A stretch of 64,000 nucleotides of DNA, from positions 768,501-832,500 of the forward strand of contig JAUPSS010000007.1 in the NCBI GenBank assembly GCA_040285825.1. The letters run 5' to 3'. The translations under genes were made by a program, and so were the position numbers. The notes under the pieces are model-generated. The model did no database searches, was not told the origin of the DNA, and saw only the letters and a program-made list of their open reading frames with translations. Every line of letters starts with the position of its first letter. Position 1 is the first letter of the stretch. This DNA is from Eukaryota sp. TZLM1-RC. Lineage: Eukaryota; Protista; Metamonada: BaSk clade. This document shows positions 15,345 to 25,629 of the stretch, piece after piece.

Positions 15345-15443
15345 CAAATCTGCAAATCAATTCTTCTTGGCTAATTTGGAATATGAAGATATAAAATTCC
15401 TTGTTTGATCAGTTCTTTGATTAGATAGTTCAATTCAACTATA

Positions 15444-16899
15444 CCGTGTTTGTAAGAAACTTCAGCCCAAAAATTCTAATATTGGTTGAAAATTTTTCGG
15501 TCGTGTTGTTGTCGAACGTAAATTGAATTAGTAGGTTTCATTGTATTTTGACTGATGACGTGATACTCGTTTATGAATCAGTTTTATTAATGAACTCAGA
15601 TTTCTCTCTCTCCTTCGTGTGTTCATCTGCCTAACGGCATCAATAATTATTGGCCCTTCTTATTTCAGATGACTGTACCCTCTGTCAACTTCCTGTCTCT
15701 TTCTTCCATGAAAGTTGAAAGTGTTCTTCTGTTCCTACAGGAGTGGAAGATCTATTCTTCTGTGACTCCTAAGAAAGAGCTTGTTCCAGCAAGACTCCTG
15801 GTCGATTCTTTTCTGTTAGAGTCCCAATCTCTCCAGAACTCCGACGGCTGATCCAGTGACGATGTTCTTCTCAGACATCTACAATCTGTCGTATCGTTCA
15901 CCATGTACGAAGATTTTAGTCTGGCTATGTCAGAACTGATGCTTTATGTCCGTATTGGTGACGTCCGAGAACGTATGTCCTGTTACCTGCGACGTTTTTT
16001 CCAGGTAAAGAGTAGGGCTTCCGGACTGAAGTTGCCAGACATAGCTTTTCTGAACCGATTTGCCAGAGGACTTCTTTTCGTAGGTATCCAACGTTCTCAT
16101 ACCATCGATGCACCGGAGAATTTAACAAACCCCATATCTTCCCTCTATTGAGCCAGTACTGTATTTGTCCTCAGAAAAATGGGAAAAAGTAGTGTTGTTG
16201 TCGAACTTAAATTGAATTAGTAGGTTTCATTGTATTTTGACTGATGACGTGATACTCGTTTATGAATCAGTTTTATTAATAAACTCAGATTTCTCTCTCT
16301 CCTTCGTGTGTTCATCTGCCTAACGGCATCAGTCGAACATTATTCAGTTCGAACATATGAAATATTTAATCATTTCTTTTAGAAGTTATTAATCATTTCG
16401 TGTGATTTGCACTATTTCTCAAAAGGTCACTATGCCAAACCTTCTTTATTTTGTAAGCTGGACCTTCCTCTAAATGTACCTTTTAAAAAACGGCTGAGAA
16501 ACAGATTCGGAGAATACTGTACCGCAGATTTTACCAAACAGTTACAGAACAATGTAACTTTAGATGATGTAAGGTTAATTTTATTGGCAACAACCGTAAA
16601 CCCAAAAATTGAGCAGTGGATCATTGATTCATTTGAGCATTTGACAGCGAATGAGGAAAACTAAATTCTAAACGGATGGGAGCTTGTTCGCAAAGTCATT
16701 GCTGCATGCATTCAAGCCCTTGAATAGTTGTTCAATAGATAGTTAATCTCAAATAGTGTTATTTAGATGATTTCCAATAAATTGTTTTTCTGAAGGATTA
16801 TTATATTTATTGAATTGCACTTGCAATTCATCACTATTGGGACGAATATCTTCTGAAATATGTTCGAACATTTTTGGTCAAAGTTTTTTGCAAACACGG
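15444..16899 (+). mobile_element. pogo/Tc1-mariner-type DNA transposon remnant with TA TSD
   Basis: TA|CCGTGTTTGTAAGAAACTT ... AAGTTTTTTGCAAACACGG|TA, imperfect ~30-bp TIRs; internal 16407-16664 KLDLPLNVPFKKRLR resembles the DDE_1 QPLDxxxNxPFK motif. Confidence 0.8.
15504..16331 (+). mobile_element. 828-bp internally deleted LTR retrotransposon (TRIM-like), nested in the pogo element
   Basis: 139-bp LTRs 15504-15642 and 16193-16331 (TG...CA, 2 mismatches), GTCG TSD on both sides, polypurine tract 16173-16192, decayed gag-like interior. Confidence 0.92.
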
Positions 16900-17150
16900 T
16901 AACTAAAACATGAAAACAAGTGAAAATACAAATGCAAAGCACTAGAGCACCCTAAAGCAACAAATAATGATGTCAAAGTAAAAGCTTATTTTCCATTGTT
17001 CAATAAGACGAAAAAGAGAAGACAATTTTTGTCATAACTTTAAGTTTATGGTTTTTATAGTATAATGGTTTTTAAAAACCAACAATAATAAATAGAAATA
17101 AATGGAGAAAGATAAAGAACAATAACAATAATTCTGATTGTAAACAAAGA

Positions 17151-18236
17151 CTACTTCTTCTTGACAGGTTTCATAAACTTCAAAAAACCTTTATTTCCAA
17201 CACTTTTTTGTGAAGTATCAATACTACTCTTCTCTGACAAAACATGTTCTCTCTTTGAAATATTGGTAAAAAGCTCATTATTGAGAGTTTTTAACCGTTG
17301 TAAACGTGATTGACAATCAATCACACGTGATACTTTCCCAGAATAGTCAGAATTTTTTAAATACTCCTCCAACAACGGAAACCTCTCTCCACCATCTGAA
17401 ATAAACTTTCCTGGTGCAGTATCTGATTCTTCTCTTGACGTAGGTGGTGGCAGTTGTGACTCAAACTGCTTACCAATACCCAAGATAGTCTCATGACCGC
17501 AAAATTCCACAAAAGCCGGATGATGTTGCGCACGTGGCAGAATGGTTCCTCTGGTGTCATCCGCTCGATCAGTCGGTGGTTCGAGTCTTGGGAAGAGACT
17601 TTTCTCAATTTGTTGTGGGGCAGATATATTTAAATCTCTCAACTGACAACTATATCCAAATCCATGAACACCATAGAAAAAATCAATTTCGATTGACAGT
17701 CGACCGGAAACAACATCACCAGAATAAATATCAAATGTTCCAACAATAGACTTGCTCTTGACAATATCATGAAGATTGAATGAAACGGCTCCAATTGTGA
17801 GATCTGGCTGGTGATGTTTGCTAACTGAGAGCAGAGTGAAACGAAGAAGATTATCAGGATGACGTGGGTTTCTATTTATAGTAATAGGTAACAACTTAGT
17901 TGCCGATAGAGTAACACTAGAGCTGGACTGAAGCATAGTGACTGCTGAACGCTTGGAGAATCCTTGAATAGCTACCTTGGCGTAGAGTTGGGTGTATGGT
18001 GCTACTGAGATGAGATGAGAGGCAGAAATAATGCGACAGTGGAGAATGCCGAATAGGGTGATGCCATGTTGTTGTTCTGCCATGAGGCTGTACAAATCAG
18101 CGGTTTCATTGGATGCAAAGGTGTTATTTGGGTTGTGTTTCTTCTTACGACCACGTCGTTGTTTGTTTAGGACAGAGGCTCCAAGAGAAAAGGAACCAAT
18201 GTAAGAATCACTGAGAGAGTCATTTGTGACCGACAT
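17151..18236 (-). CDS. C2-domain-containing protein
   Basis: 361-aa ORF with GILHCRIISASHL...LYAKVAI...LRFTL...IGAVSFNLHDI...GRLSIEIDF C2 strand pattern. Confidence 0.7.
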   Translation of the reverse strand: MSVTNDSLSDSYIGSFSLGASVLNKQRRGRKKKHNPNNTFASNETADLYSLMAEQQHGITLFGILHCRIISASHLISVAPYTQLYAKVAIQGFSKRSAVTMLQSSSSVTLSATKLLPITINRNPRHPDNLLRFTLLSVSKHHQPDLTIGAVSFNLHDIVKSKSIVGTFDIYSGDVVSGRLSIEIDFFYGVHGFGYSCQLRDLNISAPQQIEKSLFPRLEPPTDRADDTRGTILPRAQHHPAFVEFCGHETILGIGKQFESQLPPPTSREESDTAPGKFISDGGERFPLLEEYLKNSDYSGKVSRVIDCQSRLQRLKTLNNELFTNISKREHVLSEKSSIDTSQKSVGNKGFLKFMKPVKKK

Positions 18237-18356
18237 ATGCTAAAGAAACACCAATGTCAAGTAGAATAGGGTCAGCTGATAGAAAATAATTTCAATATTA
18301 TCAAGAACAAGTCTAATGGAGAGAAAGGAAGAAAAGGTTTTCATTTGAAAGAATCT

Positions 18357-18398
18357 ATTATTTATTGAATTTACACACTGAATTAAATTAACTCATAA
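18357..18398 (-). mobile_element. Extreme 5'-truncated (42 bp) family-B retroposon end
   Basis: Matches the family-B 3' end; flanked by the 14-bp TSD ATTTGAAAGAATCT (18343-18356, 18399-18412). Confidence 0.8.
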
Positions 18399-19237
18399 AT
18401 TTGAAAGAATCTTGAGAAAGATTTTCTGAACCTTCATGAACCTTAGCTTTCTGTAGGTATACTGGTCTATCTTCATCATCTACATGTGCTTTCATCACGG
18501 CACAACATAGTTACGGTTTGTGTTGTTGATCATTTGTTGAAAAAAATGAAAAAAAAACTTTTGTATAATATTGCTCTGTAAAGCAATTACAAGCACAAAA
18601 GTTTTTTTCTGTCTGTAACAGAAAGGCACTAGATGTTAGTATTTAACCAGCCACAATTAACTAAAAATCTTGTAAATTCAAATAAATTTAAAGAATGGTT
18701 AAAACAACTAAATATTTCGGGTGCAGTAGTTTGGGTCTTATACAAGTGTAGCTCAGAAATAAAATGATGACGTCATCAGATCAAAATGCCACATCTCCAC
18801 TAGATCAAAAAGCACGTGCATTGCCCCTGAGATTAGTTGTCATGTCTGCAACTATTTGGGGATACTCGGAAAATTTGATTGTTGGTTTTGAGAGAACATT
18901 TGCTTGTAGCGAAGTCAACTTGGTTAGGTGAATATAGGTTTTTCTATTTGGATGAATTCATTGAGAAATAGGTTACAGCAAGGAAAAAATATTCCTAGAA
19001 TTATGGTCAGTGCTGCAACAGTTGATGAATCTTTATTGCGCAAGAGTACCAGATGTTGAAACGATTGGCCATTCAGCACAATAGATATGCTTGAGAAGTG
19101 TAATAAAAAAGTATATTAATAGTGGAAATAGAATGTTTCTATTGGGGACTCTACATAGTATAACATCAAAGATCAAATACAATGTGTAGTATATATGAAA
19201 CTCCAACACTAAGAAAACAAAGAACAAAGAACAAAGA

Positions 19238-19364
19238 AAACAAGAACCTCATTCTGTGAATTTCATCGGAAATGCATACATCAAGTAGCATTCCTCCATT
19301 CCCTTATACGGTTTCCTTTTCAGGATCACAGCGCCCGAAGGCAATACATGGATACAAACAACTA
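19238..19364 (-). ncRNA. Candidate omegaRNA (scaffold plus 3' guide) of Fanzor copy 1
   Basis: Immediately 3' of the stop codon: GCC-UUCG-GGC hairpin (19333-19342), UCCU-GAAA-AGGA hairpin (19314-19325), long hairpin 19268-19294, closing helix CUGUGA/UCACAG. The 5' and 3' motifs are shared with copy 2. Exact ends are inferred. Confidence 0.7.
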
Positions 19365-21356
19365 TCACTCTCTCACCTCCCTTCTAAATGTCTCTGGTCT
19401 GATCCCAGTAAAATGTTCAGAAATCGCAATCTCTAGCTGATTTCTTGAAGCGGAAATGTCTCTAGACCAGCGTTCATCACATCTAGGACATTCAAAGTAA
19501 GCATTATTGATTCTTCGAGTGTCTTCATGATACACCTTCCTGTGATGTACCTTGCAACAATTGGTTTTGGCAGATGTCATGTATTCATCTCCAACCTTCA
19601 CATTGGCAAAGTATTTCTTTACTTCTGTCAGAAACTTCTTAGTTGGGGCTTTGGTGGATTGTCGAGAAGGTCCATTACCACCATTACCAAACCAAATAAT
19701 AGTTTCCCTGTTATTAGCTAGTCTCTTAATTTTGTTAATGAAATGAATGAACCTTTTTTGTCTTCTTATCACAAAATCAAACTTATTTCGTCTCAAAATT
19801 CTCTCTGTACTATTGGTCAAAGTTTGGGAAACCAAAGAAATTGTTTCCTGCTCATCATTCCTTATCAGTGAAGCTATTTCAATGAGATACCTGTTGAAGC
19901 TCTCAACGGAATAAGTGTTCACAGAGGATTGAGTGAGTGGCTGGGGAAAATCAATTACTTTTGCTTTCGGATTCAGTAGAATTCCAGATTGTTCAACAAT
20001 TACCCTATTCTCTTGTGAACAATGTCCAGTTGTCCAACCACATAAATTTGAATGGTTTGGATCAACCGCCACGAAAAAAAGGTCTTCTCTGATGGGAAGA
20101 TCCTGCGAGCAATCTTGAGACCGTCTCGCAATTTTCCTCGGTCGGTTAGCTCGCCCATTTATTCTCTTATTTCGTTTTCTAGTGGACTCTCTGAAATAAG
20201 GACGACTTTGACCCAATGCTTGAATTTCAGAATTTTTTCGCCTGGTGCACGTCTTTTTGGGTTTCTTTGAAAAAGTGAAGCGCAATGAGAGTCCATTGCT
20301 AGAAATTGAGAAAGTTTTAAATTTTTTCTTGTTAAAAAACTTAAAAGGGTTCCGTAATAATTGTTGGTTAGGATTCAACTTTTTGAAATATTCCAGAGCT
20401 TGTTGATTAAAAGGAACAAACCCTGGAACTTTGGTGGCAATTGGGGATAAGGCATGTCTTCGAAATACATTTGGGCATGTACTTTCTAGACGATGTAAAA
20501 TTGCCAATCCCCAATGGCTTATCAACCAACAATTATAAACAGTGACATCCAATTCATCACGCCTCAGGGCACGCGTATACAAATCATTAGATGTTACTGT
20601 TTGGTTCCAAATTTCGGAAATATGAAAATGATATTCATCATACCATTGTCTTAAATTTGCAGAAATTGTGGAACTGGAAACCACACAACTGGCATACTTT
20701 GATGGAGCAGGACACTCCATCTGCTTACCCATAGACCTGAAGAAATTCAGTTTCCAGGTCACAGGGCCATCGGTCAGCAGCTGTCTGTGAGCTGATTCGA
20801 GTTGAACAGCTCTATTGCTAAAAAGAGCAGCCTGACAAAAGGGTGGATGTTCTTGGCCCTCTACTAACGGAGGCCACGGCCAGGTAGCACTTGATGTCAT
20901 ATGCGTAAGAGCCTCATAGACATCAGGGTTAGTGCTCTTGAAAGGCTCCCTAATTTTAGGTCGACTGTGGGTGACGCAGTCGAAGCACTGCGACCAGAAT
21001 TGACGGTGAGCGAGCCAGCAGGACAGATGCGGATATTCTAATAGAAGCTTTCTTGCCAATAAGGTGGCATAGAAAGCAACATCTCGTAAGTGAATAAGCT
21101 GTGCCTCAATAGCTTGAGCAGCACGAGAGGCAAAGAATCTTGGGAGGCTTACAGGCACAGTCGTGGTTGTGGCAGACGGGAGAGGGTCTGGTGGCGGGCG
21201 AACTGCAAATGGGAGTGGCCTTTCGCCCTCATTTAAGCCAGCACTTGGGTGGTGCGCTGCTTCTGGAATCCAACCATTATCATCTGGTGATGACACTTGT
21301 CTCTGAGGACAAGTACGTCGGTTGTGGGTGGCCGCCCGGCAGACGGAACACGGCAT
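19365..21356 (-). CDS. Fanzor1-type (TnpB-derived) RNA-guided endonuclease, intact
   Basis: RuvC-I VAVDPN (codon 20061-20063), IIWFGNG region without the canonical Glu, rearranged GDEYMTS (19584-19586), NCC...CPRC zinc finger, RuvC-III WSRDISASRN (19458-19460); first ATG at 21356. Confidence 0.88.
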   Translation of the reverse strand: MPCSVCRAATHNRRTCPQRQVSSPDDNGWIPEAAHHPSAGLNEGERPLPFAVRPPPDPLPSATTTTVPVSLPRFFASRAAQAIEAQLIHLRDVAFYATLLARKLLLEYPHLSCWLAHRQFWSQCFDCVTHSRPKIREPFKSTNPDVYEALTHMTSSATWPWPPLVEGQEHPPFCQAALFSNRAVQLESAHRQLLTDGPVTWKLNFFRSMGKQMECPAPSKYASCVVSSSTISANLRQWYDEYHFHISEIWNQTVTSNDLYTRALRRDELDVTVYNCWLISHWGLAILHRLESTCPNVFRRHALSPIATKVPGFVPFNQQALEYFKKLNPNQQLLRNPFKFFNKKKFKTFSISSNGLSLRFTFSKKPKKTCTRRKNSEIQALGQSRPYFRESTRKRNKRINGRANRPRKIARRSQDCSQDLPIREDLFFVAVDPNHSNLCGWTTGHCSQENRVIVEQSGILLNPKAKVIDFPQPLTQSSVNTYSVESFNRYLIEIASLIRNDEQETISLVSQTLTNSTERILRRNKFDFVIRRQKRFIHFINKIKRLANNRETIIWFGNGGNGPSRQSTKAPTKKFLTEVKKYFANVKVGDEYMTSAKTNCCKVHHRKVYHEDTRRINNAYFECPRCDERWSRDISASRNQLEIAISEHFTGIRPETFRREVRE

Positions 21357-21831
21357 AGTGTCAGACAATCAGAAATGATTGATTGTTGAGTTTGGGTTAT
21401 TTTCAAAATTTGCTGTCGATGTCAACAACTTTTCTTCTATTTGCTATATTGAAATAAAGATTGTTTAAACAGTTTATTAAAGGTACATCTATCGAGACAT
21501 CAGGTTTCTGTTGTGTTTCTCTCTTGAAAGCAGCATGTTGTGTCACTGATGTTGGTAATTGGGTTTCGAATGGTTTGCCGTCGGTTTCATCATCCAAAAT
21601 TCATCTTTATCAAACTTTTTCTTTGTTTTTCATCTCAACATTCAAAGGTCCGTACTTCAGCAATATCTTGACCTCTCCAACCTTCCTAATAGGCTTTCAG
21701 TAGTAGCACAAACTACACATCTCCACACCTTTCAATGAGTACCTATAAAGATACTACAGAATATTGGTTTTTTCGTCGACGTTTGAAACTAGAATTGCTT
21801 AAACAACGCTATAGTCCTGAATCTGTAGCAA

Positions 21832-22620
21832 ATGCTTACACCAAGTGTATCAACAAGACACCAGAGGGGCTATCACTCATCAACAAAATCTAAAATCTCC
21901 ACTCCAATCGAAACCCATCCAGTCATTCTTTCCGCACGTCGTCGTTGGGAACGCCATGTCGTCGCAGCCCTGGAAGATCTTCGCCGTGAAAGCAAACTCC
22001 CGCTTGTAGATTCTGTCACATCCTCGTCCGTTGACTTTATGTCCCTTCGTTACGTGTGGGAGCCGGAGGAACTGTTCTCCGTTCTTCAGTCTCTCTTCTC
22101 CTAACCGTAACAATGAACCTTCCCTATCACCATGGGGCCTTATCAAGCTCTCCATGCACGTTCGTAGCTTAACCAATCTAGCTAATGAATTCACAGAGCT
22201 TTCGCCAAACAAGTATGTTCAGATAGGAGTTGACGAATTAACATTTAATAATTCAAATAATAATTCTGTTAATTCACGTATTAAATTAGCTGCTGACGTC
22301 GCAGGGAAGCACTACCCTCCCCAGTGTCGTCATTTTTGCCGGCAAGGTGTTCCTAGCGTTAACTAGGTACAAATGTTAACTACATAACCATTGATCAGTT
22401 TTTTCTACTTTGGGACAGGATTATTGGTTTTGATGATTTAATTTTATTACCTTTACTAGCTGCTGCCAAATTTTTCAATTGTATTGTTTTTAAGGGAATG
22501 GTAAAACTAATTTCTGTTTCACTCCTAAACCAATTTTGAAATTCTTCAGTACAATTTTCACCCAAATTCAAACATATATCATGCTGCTCTTGTATTAGGC
22601 TCTGTCTATATTAGCTTTGT
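21832..22620 (+). pseudogene. TBC1D19-like RabGAP pseudogene (frameshift plus internal deletion)
   Basis: WGLIKL...FTELSP...QIGVDE...FCRQGVPS, then almost directly DQFFLLWDRIIGFDDLILLPLLAAA (C-terminal TBC1D19 motif). Frameshift near 22100. End approximate. Confidence 0.6.
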
Positions 22621-23255
22621 TGCAGTACATTCTGGCAATTTCAAATAAACAATATTGAATCCATAGATGTCTCTATGCCATCAACACACAAGGAAAATGT
22701 TAACTACTTATCACCACTTTATTTTATTTATAAAAAAGATACCTCTGGTGTCCGAATGATTGACACTTCCTTCAGTTGTATTAGTCCGCAATTTTCCGTG
22801 TTTTCTTCAACAGAAAAACCGTCAATAAAACCGTTTGAAAGTGATAAACTGAAGGATACTCTGGAGGAGGAAATATCAGATAATTTATACATCAATGAGG
22901 TTGTGTCCGTCATATAGAGGATTGACTTGTACGATAGAATCGTGCCACATTAGCTTGGGTAGTACTAATGGAGGATAGAGCATCTAGAGCACGCACCTTT
23001 GTATCTTCGGAAGCTGGAACCTTAAGTTGAAGTAAATTGACATCAGAAAAAAAATGATCGGTGTTAAACGGCATGGATTTTGAGAATTGGGAATGGGGTG
23101 GGAATGGGAATGGGAATGGGAATGGCAATTCACCAATTTTGCAAAATACATTCAATATTATATAACAGAATGGGTTGATGACTCACTGTGACGTCATCGA
23201 AATATCCATTTCATTTCATTTCCCTCTTTGTACATTAGCCATATCACTATTTCCC

Positions 23256-24791
23256 ATGGACTTTGCTGCAGTCAAACAGTCTGCCAACGACCTATTCAAA
23301 ACTCGTGACTTCGAAGGTGCTATTCGAACTTACACAGAAGCTCTCTCCAACCATCCACCGACTGAGTTCAAAACTGTATTCCTCTCAAACCGCTCTGCTG
23401 CATACTCCTCCATTCAGAATTATGAAGCAGCCCTCTCTGACGCAAGCACAGTCATTCAACTAACCGACGTAGAACCTTCAATCCTGTCCAAGAACGCCCT
23501 CCGTGTGCTTGAATGTCTTATCCAACTAGCCAGAGTATCCGACGCCAAGTCTTTCATTCATTCCCTTCCTCCAATCCTTCCCAAATTCCAACCCCGTCTG
23601 GACCAGCTGAAACTAACCCTCAGGCAACTTGATGACGTCATGGTTTCCTGCGACTCCCTCTTGAAAGCCAGGAAGGGTGAAGAACTTGGAGAGAAGGTTA
23701 GTGAATTAACTCAAATAGCACCACTCTGCTGGGTTGCTGTCTATTACAAGGTTGAATCTTTTCTATTAAACAAGCAATTCTCAAAGGCAACTGATTACGT
23801 TAATCAATACCTATCACGTCATCCAAATTCCTCTAAATGTTTGTTACTGTTAGCCGAATGCTACTGGTGTCTTGGTAACACAGACAGGACATTGGCAATA
23901 TTGAGAGAAATACTATCACTAGACCCCGATCTGTCGGAGGCCAAGGAGATGAGGAAGAATGTTAAAGTGTTGCTGGAATTGAAAGAAAAAGCGAATGGTT
24001 TGTTCAAGGCAGGCGACCTTGATGCCGCAATCAATCAATACTCCCAGTTTTTAACTCTTTCCGAATCAATATCACCGTTTTCTCAACTTCGAGCTCAAGT
24101 ATACTGTAATCGTAGTGCGGTATTAATGAAGAAAGAGCAATTCGAAGATGCCCTTTCTGATGCTAATAATGCACTGGAAATTGATTCTGATTACACCAAG
24201 GCTTTGTTTAGGAAAGCTCAATGTGAGGTACAAATAGGTGATTTCCAAGCTGCAGTGTTTTCGTTTGAACGGCTGACTACTTTGGAGCCCAACAATAGGA
24301 CATATCAGCAAGAATTACAAACCGCAAAGCAATTAATGATGAGGAATGGAAAGAAGGATTATTATAAACTATTAGGTGTCGATAAGAATGCATCTCCTGC
24401 TGAAATTAAGAAACAATTTAGAAAGGAAAGTCTGAAATATCATCCTGATAGGTGTGCTGATCTGAGTGCAGAAGAAAAAGAAAAAGCTCAAACTAAGTTT
24501 CAAGCAATAAGTGAAGCTTATAGTGTACTCTCTGACCCTGAGCAACGGAGGAAATACGATGCCGGAGAAAGTGATAATCCATTTGGAGGTATGGGAGGTG
24601 TTGATATTGGTGGTATGGGTGGTGGAATTCCAATTGATCTCTCTCAAATCTTCTCCATGATGGGTGGCATGGGAGGAATGGGAGGAATGGGTGGAGGAAG
24701 CCCTTTTGGTAATGTAGGTTTTGCAGGAAGTAGGGGTGGTAGACGAAGTGGAAATCCTTTTGGAAGTAACGTTCGGATTAATTTTGGTTAA
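23256..24791 (+). CDS. DNAJC7: DnaJ homolog subfamily C member 7 (TPR repeats plus J domain)
   Basis: Two TPR clusters ([14 protein letters not shown]), KDYYKLLGV...HPD J domain, G/M-rich tail; start at MDFAA. Confidence 0.92.
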   Translation: MDFAAVKQSANDLFKTRDFEGAIRTYTEALSNHPPTEFKTVFLSNRSAAYSSIQNYEAALSDASTVIQLTDVEPSILSKNALRVLECLIQLARVSDAKSFIHSLPPILPKFQPRLDQLKLTLRQLDDVMVSCDSLLKARKGEELGEKVSELTQIAPLCWVAVYYKVESFLLNKQFSKATDYVNQYLSRHPNSSKCLLLLAECYWCLGNTDRTLAILREILSLDPDLSEAKEMRKNVKVLLELKEKANGLFKAGDLDAAINQYSQFLTLSESISPFSQLRAQVYCNRSAVLMKKEQFEDALSDANNALEIDSDYTKALFRKAQCEVQIGDFQAAVFSFERLTTLEPNNRTYQQELQTAKQLMMRNGKKDYYKLLGVDKNASPAEIKKQFRKESLKYHPDRCADLSAEEKEKAQTKFQAISEAYSVLSDPEQRRKYDAGESDNPFGGMGGVDIGGMGGGIPIDLSQIFSMMGGMGGMGGMGGGSPFGNVGFAGSRGGRRSGNPFGSNVRINFG

Positions 24792-25629
24792 TTATTAAGT
24801 TTTTTTTTGTTTCTGTGTTATAAATTTTAGTTTTTGTTTAATCTAAATTTATTATTTTAATAGAAATATTAGTGTACATAGTTAGTTTATGATTTACTTA
24901 TATTAATTCAATAGAACACAAAAAAAAACACAGTTTAAACGCTTGCTGATGTGTCATTATTTAGAATAAAAGCTAGAAATTTCACAGTGTCTTGTTTTGA
25001 AGAATAACCAATAATGATTTATTGATGTAGTTTTTTCAAAGAATCACTCACTACATCTTTTCAACACCTTTGTACATGACTGAAACTAATCATCAAATTA
25101 TTTCGGCTTTACAATCTCTGAACTTTATGATTTCTTATTTCTTTAAATGACACTTTTTATGGCTCTATGCAATTTTTGGTAGCTCAAAATTTGTGATTGT
25201 TATCAATGTTCTACCGACTTAACCGACTTAAGCTGATTGAAAAAACGATGCTAAACGTTAATATACACGTGGGTCTGTTCGTAAAAAACTTGTTGTTGCA
25301 GAGCAATTTGGCCAGTATATGAAATTCGTTTATCCTTTTACCCTCCAAAATATATTTTTTCTGGACTTTGAATAAAAAATGATAAAATTAAGTAAAAAAT
25401 GTTGAGTTATTCCCCACAATTTATGAGTAACATGTTCCATTCTAAATGGCAGCAATCATTCTGAGCAATACTTACAAAAGTATTAAAATGTTGAATGTCA
25501 GAATTGGAACTTCTTTTTTACAGAGATACGGTAGTACAATCGGCAATTAGATCAGTTCCATCCTACCATGCACATTTAATATCACCTCGTTTTTGGCTCA
25601 GACTGAAATTTAATTCATCAAACAGAGGC

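Noticed and set aside
22263-22269. ATTCTGT repeat of 19251-19257 as a TSD for Fanzor copy 1
   Set aside because: Only 7 bp in AT-rich DNA, and TBC1D19-like coding continues through it.
22335-22368. Palindromes plus CTAG resembling a Helitron 3' end
   Set aside because: Explained by TBC-domain coding sequence and the deletion junction; no T follows the CTAG.
22675-23155. Possible small spliced minus-strand gene
   Set aside because: The candidate intron did not give a consistent reading frame, and no motif was recognised.
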